Shown here piece by piece: positions 59,373 to 64,000 of a DNA stretch of 64,000 nt. The DNA lies in assembly GCA_963691825.1 (NCBI GenBank), contig OY829379.1:1472215-1536214 (forward strand). The letters run 5' to 3'. Origin of the DNA: Erythrobacter sp. (GTDB lineage: Bacteria; Pseudomonadota; Alphaproteobacteria; Sphingomonadales; Sphingomonadaceae). The position numbers and the translations under genes were made by a program. The notes below the pieces were generated by a model. That model was not told where the DNA came from. It worked only from the letters and a program-made list of their open reading frames with translations, and made no database searches. The first letter of the stretch is position 1. The number at the start of each line of letters is the position of its first letter.

Positions 59373-60207
59373 CTAGGGCGCAGCAGCTCGCTCAATCAAG
59401 TCGTCTCTCAAGGCGGGGTCGCGCGGCGTTTGTATGTCAAATGCCAGCCCCGTCTGCGCCAATGCTTTGATCACCCACCATCCCGGGGCAATTTGCCCCG
59501 GCTCCAGACCAATCCGTGCGCTTTCGGGAAAGGCGTGGTGGTTGTTGTGCCAACATTCGCCGTAAGTGAAGATCCCCAATCCGCTAAGGTTTGAGGCTTG
59601 GATCCCCGCATCCTTGACGAACCATCGGCCAGAGCCGGGATTGTGGCAAAAACAGGTGACGCTCCAATGACCGGCAGTGCTGACTAAAACACGAACACAT
59701 ATTCCCCAAAGCACGAATGCCCAGCCGCCAGCCCAATAAAGAAGGAGCGCGATTGGCACTTGTTGCCAGCGCCATGTTCGATCCAGCAAGCGGTAGAAGG
59801 GATCAGCCGTTATTGCGCTCTCGATATGAACCGGCGGAGGGCGCGAATTCAAAACGACAAAACAGGTTCCAGCACAGATCAGTCAAAAACGATCGACGGT
59901 GCGCGAAGAAATCGTGGCATTGCGCCTCGCGCTGCGCCCAGTCACGGGTGTCATGGATGCGGATAATACCCGAAGGGCCCGACACCCCGACAATTGTGCC
60001 AAGATAGATCAGCAGCCAGCCCACCCATTTGGGTGTCTTGAAAGTGCGATGGATCATCATGCGGTGCATTCCCACACTGTGGCCTATCAACAAGGTCACA
60101 TAGGTCAGCACGAGGAAAAGCAGCACTGATTGCCATGTTGCGACAAAAAGAGCGGCGATGGACCCCATAATCATCGCGCCGTCCACCCGCAGCACCGGCT
60201 CCATCAT
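59373..60207 (-). pseudogene. Frameshifted acyl-CoA desaturase-family gene
   Basis: 5' frame has HSVGMHRMMIH and HDTRDWAQR; 3' frame has GECWHNNHHAFP; frames switch at about 59841-59845 (FEF|RPPPVHIE). Confidence 0.85.
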
Positions 60208-61016
60208 AATTTGCGAACTGCGTGATGGCCGAGCGGGCCGTTGCCTGCACCAAATCCGGGAGCCGCCTCTATTGCGCGCAGCACAAAATTGCGACCAAGG
60301 CGCACGGCGTGCTCAAGCGGTTGGCCATGGCCGAGAAGCGTTGCGACCGCGGCAGAGAGCGTGCAGCCAGTGCCATGAGTGTGCGGTGTGTCGATCCGTG
60401 CATGATCAAATTGCACAGCGCGCGGTCCATGCGTCAAATCGGGGGAATACAGAATATCGACAATCCGCTCATCGTCAGTGTGCCCCCCTTTGGCAAGGAC
60501 CGCTGCGCCCGATTCCGCGGCGAGCTCTTCGGCGGCTTCGGCCATCTGTGTCGAGGTGGTCAGGCCGCGCCCCAGCAAATGCGCCAGTTCGGGCAGGTTG
60601 GGAGTGATCAATGTGGCCATGGGGAAGAGTTTTTCGCGCAAGGCCGCGATAGCCTCAGGCGCGATTAGCGCTGCGCCGCTGGTTGAAATCATAACCGGGT
60701 CGAGCACGATCGGCACTTGGACCTTAGCGATCGCCTGCGCGGTGGCTGTGATGATTTCCTCATCGTGCAGCATTCCGATTTTGATGGCATCAACTCCGAT
60801 GTCATCGATGCACGAGGCGATTTGTTGCGCCACCACGCTGCCCGCCATCGGAGCGATCGCCTGCACTCCGACACTGTTTTGGGCAGTGACAGAGGTGATC
60901 GCGCTCATTGCATAGCCACCCAGCATTACGATCGTCTTTATATCGGCTTGGATGCCAGCGCCGCCGGAACTGTCAGATCCAGCAATGGTTAGGATACGTG
61001 GCGGAGTTTTCGTCAT
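60204..61016 (-). CDS. thiD: Hydroxymethylpyrimidine/phosphomethylpyrimidine kinase
   Basis: [31 protein letters not shown] and [10 protein letters not shown]. Confidence 0.97.
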   Translation of the reverse strand: MTKTPPRILTIAGSDSSGGAGIQADIKTIVMLGGYAMSAITSVTAQNSVGVQAIAPMAGSVVAQQIASCIDDIGVDAIKIGMLHDEEIITATAQAIAKVQVPIVLDPVMISTSGAALIAPEAIAALREKLFPMATLITPNLPELAHLLGRGLTTSTQMAEAAEELAAESGAAVLAKGGHTDDERIVDILYSPDLTHGPRAVQFDHARIDTPHTHGTGCTLSAAVATLLGHGQPLEHAVRLGRNFVLRAIEAAPGFGAGNGPLGHHAVRKL

Positions 61017-62359
61017 GTCGCAGCCCGCACCGCATTGCAGACTTTGTCGACTACATCTTCCACCTGTGAGGCATTATCGCCTTCCGCCATAACCCGGATA
61101 ACCGGTTCAGTACCCGACGGCCGGATCACCAAGCGCCCTTGGCCTTTCAGTTCTGCCTCAGCCTGTGCGATAACGGATGTGACCATGGCATTGTCAAGCG
61201 GGGCCCCACCTTCATATCGGACATTTTTGAGTAATTGCGGAACAGGGTCAAACAGGTGGAGTATCTCGCTTGCAGGCTTTTCTGAGCGCACAAGGCTGGC
61301 CAAAACACGCAACGCCGCGACCGTGCCATCGCCGGTGGTAGAATGATCCAACATGATCATATGGCCGGATTGCTCGCCTCCAATGTTAAACCCGGCCTCT
61401 TTCATCCGTTCCAGCACATAGCGATCGCCAACCTTGGTCCGCTCCAGCGTAAGATCCAGCCCTGCCAAATAGCGTTCAAGGCCCAGGTTGGACATCACCG
61501 TCGACACCACACCCCCGCCTTTAAGAGCGCCCTTTTCATGCATGCGAGTGGCAATCAGAGCCATTATTTGATCGCCGTCCACCGCGCGGCCTTGTTCATC
61601 GACAACGATTAGTCGGTCGGCATCGCCATCCAGTGCGATCCCGATATCTGCGCTCTCCTCCACCACTTTGGTCTGCAAAGCCTCAATCGCGGTCGACCCT
61701 ACTGCGTCATTGATATTGGTGCCGTTGGGTTCAACGCCCAGAGTGATAACCTCTGCACCCAATTCCCAGATCGCGCTGGGGGCAACTTGATACGCCGCGC
61801 CATGTGCGCAATCGACCACGACTTTCAAACCGTCAAAGCGGATGTCGTTGCCCACGGTTTGCTTGAGCGCATGGATGTAACGACCGCGCGCATCCTCAAT
61901 TCTGCGCGCCCGGCCAATTGCTTCAGGCTTGGCGAGAATGGGTTCGCGTTCAAGCAGGGCTTCGATCTCGGTTTCTGCTTCATCCGATAATTTGAAACCA
62001 TCTGGGCCAAACAATTTGATCCCGTTATCCAGAAACGGGTTGTGGCTGGCTGATATCATCACACCAAGATCAGCGCGCATTTCACGCGTCATCAACGCGA
62101 TTGCCGGTGTGGGCAATGGCCCGGTCATGATCACATCCATGCCAACGCTGGTGAAGCCCGCGACCAGAGCGCTCTCCATCATGTAACCGGAAAGGCGGGT
62201 GTCCTTGCCAATCACCACCCGATGGCGGTGGCCGCCGCCCATGAAATAATTGCCCGCTGCCTGGCCGACCCGCATGACGGTTGACGCCGTCATTGCGCCA
62301 GTATTGGTTCGCCCTCTGATACCATCGGTACCGAATAGTTTTCTTCCTACCTTGGCCAT
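61013..62359 (-). CDS. glmM: Phosphoglucosamine mutase
   Basis: [22 protein letters not shown] and GGEQSGH. Confidence 0.97.
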   Translation of the reverse strand: MAKVGRKLFGTDGIRGRTNTGAMTASTVMRVGQAAGNYFMGGGHRHRVVIGKDTRLSGYMMESALVAGFTSVGMDVIMTGPLPTPAIALMTREMRADLGVMISASHNPFLDNGIKLFGPDGFKLSDEAETEIEALLEREPILAKPEAIGRARRIEDARGRYIHALKQTVGNDIRFDGLKVVVDCAHGAAYQVAPSAIWELGAEVITLGVEPNGTNINDAVGSTAIEALQTKVVEESADIGIALDGDADRLIVVDEQGRAVDGDQIMALIATRMHEKGALKGGGVVSTVMSNLGLERYLAGLDLTLERTKVGDRYVLERMKEAGFNIGGEQSGHMIMLDHSTTGDGTVAALRVLASLVRSEKPASEILHLFDPVPQLLKNVRYEGGAPLDNAMVTSVIAQAEAELKGQGRLVIRPSGTEPVIRVMAEGDNASQVEDVVDKVCNAVRAAT

Positions 62360-62506
62360 CTGGCTCTCAACGCCCCTATTGCCTGCGGCCCTGAGGTCCG
62401 CATCCCCTAATTTGATGTCGATCAAGACATACGATCAATTGTCAGCCGCTTCTGGCGCGGTTATCGCCCAAATGGAAGACTACATAGGTCCATAGAGGAC
62501 GGTTTA

Positions 62507-63796
62507 GTGACGAAATCTGATGCAAGCGGCGGCGCCAAAGAAACTTTAACGCCCGTGATCGATCGGGGTTATGAACTGGTGGCTATCCGCCTGCCGGTCA
62601 TCGCCACATTCCTCGCTTTGATCCTTGGTCTTGTATTGGGTGTATTCTCGGCCGGTTTTGAGCTGCCTGAATGGCTGCTCAAACTCAGCTCCCTAATCGG
62701 CACTTTGTGGCTCAGAGCCCTCCAGATGACGATCATCCCGCTGGTCGCGGCCCTGCTTGTCATTGGCTTGGCGCAGATGGTCAACGCAGCGCGAGCCGGA
62801 GCTGCAGCTCAGCGCTTTTTGGCACTGGTCTTTGCGGTTTTGATCGCAGGCGGTGTGTTTACAGCTGCGGTGCTGCCATGGCTGCTGAGCGTTATTCCTA
62901 TTCCAGAGAGCGCGAGCGGGTTCTTGTCTGAAGGAAACGCACAGGCGCAGGCTGTTCCGGATATCCTCGACTTTCTCGCATCCTTGATCGCCCCCAATAT
63001 CATCGCCGCTGCGGCCGAGACGGCAATGTTACCATTGACGATTTTCTTCGCTTTGCTTGCGATTGCGATCACGCAATTGCCAGCCAAACAAAACGAGCAG
63101 ATGCTGGGTTTTTTCCATGCGCTCGCCAATGCGATGCTGTTGATCATCGGTTGGGTCTTGTGGATCGCGCCGATCGGCGTTTTGGCGCTGGCCTTTGGTG
63201 TGGGGTTGAGAAGCGGGAGCGGGGCCTTTGCCGCGCTGGCGCATTATATTTTCGTTGTGTCGGCCATGGGCGGATTTATTCTGGTGCTGGCCTATGTGAT
63301 CGCGTGGTTGGTTGGCGGAATATCGCCATGGCGCTTTGCCAAAGCGATGCTGCCCGCCCAAGCGGTAGCGGTCTCAACCCAAAGTTCCCTTGCGAGCCTT
63401 CCGGCTATGCTAGACAGCGCCAATCGCCTGCATGTGCGTGCGCGCACATCGGAATTTGTTTTGCCACTGGCGGTGGCGATCTTTCGCGCAACCAGCCCTG
63501 CGATGAACATGGCGGTCGCACTCTATATCGCGGCACTCGCTGGAATTGAGGTTACGCCGACCCTTGCGATCGCCGGGATCCTGGTTTCGCTGATCATTTC
63601 GATCGGGACCGTATCTTTGCCCGGATCAATCAGCTTTGTGGTTTCGATCGGGCCGGTGGCCATCGCTATGGGGGTTCCGATCGAGCCGCTGGTTTTGTTG
63701 GTGGCGGTGGAAATGTTGCCTGATATTATGCGCACACTCGCCAATGTGACAATGAATGTTGCTGTGGCAAGCGCTGTGGATCGCAGTCAGGATTAA
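62507..63796 (+). CDS. Dicarboxylate/amino acid:cation (DAACS) symporter
   Basis: WLRALQMTIIPLV, STQSSLASLP HP1 motif and DIMRTLANV. Confidence 0.9.
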   Translation: MTKSDASGGAKETLTPVIDRGYELVAIRLPVIATFLALILGLVLGVFSAGFELPEWLLKLSSLIGTLWLRALQMTIIPLVAALLVIGLAQMVNAARAGAAAQRFLALVFAVLIAGGVFTAAVLPWLLSVIPIPESASGFLSEGNAQAQAVPDILDFLASLIAPNIIAAAAETAMLPLTIFFALLAIAITQLPAKQNEQMLGFFHALANAMLLIIGWVLWIAPIGVLALAFGVGLRSGSGAFAALAHYIFVVSAMGGFILVLAYVIAWLVGGISPWRFAKAMLPAQAVAVSTQSSLASLPAMLDSANRLHVRARTSEFVLPLAVAIFRATSPAMNMAVALYIAALAGIEVTPTLAIAGILVSLIISIGTVSLPGSISFVVSIGPVAIAMGVPIEPLVLLVAVEMLPDIMRTLANVTMNVAVASAVDRSQD

Positions 63797-63807
63797 GGGC
63801 GCGCGGC

Positions 63808-64000
63808 TTAAGGCAATGGGGCCTCGAGCTTGGCTTGATCCTCCGGGGCGTCCAGCATTTCTGCCCGAAATAATGGTTCGCCGAACATAAAGCCGACAAT
63901 ATTCGGCCGCCCGATATGGTCAAACAGCGATGTCAGCGTGAGCAAGATCGGCACCGATAACAATGCCCCCACCACGCCCCAGATCGAGGTGAAGTAAGAC
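63808..64000 (-). CDS. AI-2E family transporter, C-terminal part (runs off the window)
   Basis: Manual translation: SYFTSIWGVVGALLSVPILLTLTSLFDHIGRPNIVGFMFGEP...PLP*. Confidence 0.8.
   Translation of the reverse strand, partial: SYFTSIWGVVGALLSVPILLTLTSLFDHIGRPNIVGFMFGEPLFRAEMLDAPEDQAKLEAPLP

Overview
This window reads as Sphingomonadales chromosome, most likely Erythrobacteraceae. That placement is inferred from gene content and synteny; GC is roughly 60% by eye. Most of it is core genome: trpS-murJ-secB/Tim44-mltA-smr, katG, aroC, ruvA/ruvB, acnA, two L,D-transpeptidases, ispG, a MoxR operon, pheA, rlmE, ppx, tRNA-Gln(CTG), thiD and glmM. The standout accessory locus is a bufferin-type MNIO (DUF692) RiPP metallophore system at 28048-32137. 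It is split into two divergent arms: precursor-DoxX-ECF sigma-NrsF leftward, and MNIO-DUF2063 partner rightward. Each arm has an exact GTAACC-N16-CGAA sigmaF-type promoter, and a perfect 16-bp inverted repeat sits between the two promoters. Other signals are missed or misplaced by the ORF track: a disrupted CxxC + OmpR-type winged-helix gene in an AT-rich islet upstream of tRNA-Gln, a GAF-PAS-HWE-REC kinase whose frame seems to start at ATC, a deacetylase that seems to start at CTG, and a frameshifted acyl-CoA desaturase-like gene. Also notable are an orphan ORF wedged between ruvA and ruvB, a Ser-rich PEP-CTERM-like protein with (H/Y)GSSS repeats, tandem TetR operators, and a class A beta-lactamase coupled to the MoxR operon. 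I found no integrase, transposase, CRISPR array or rRNA.
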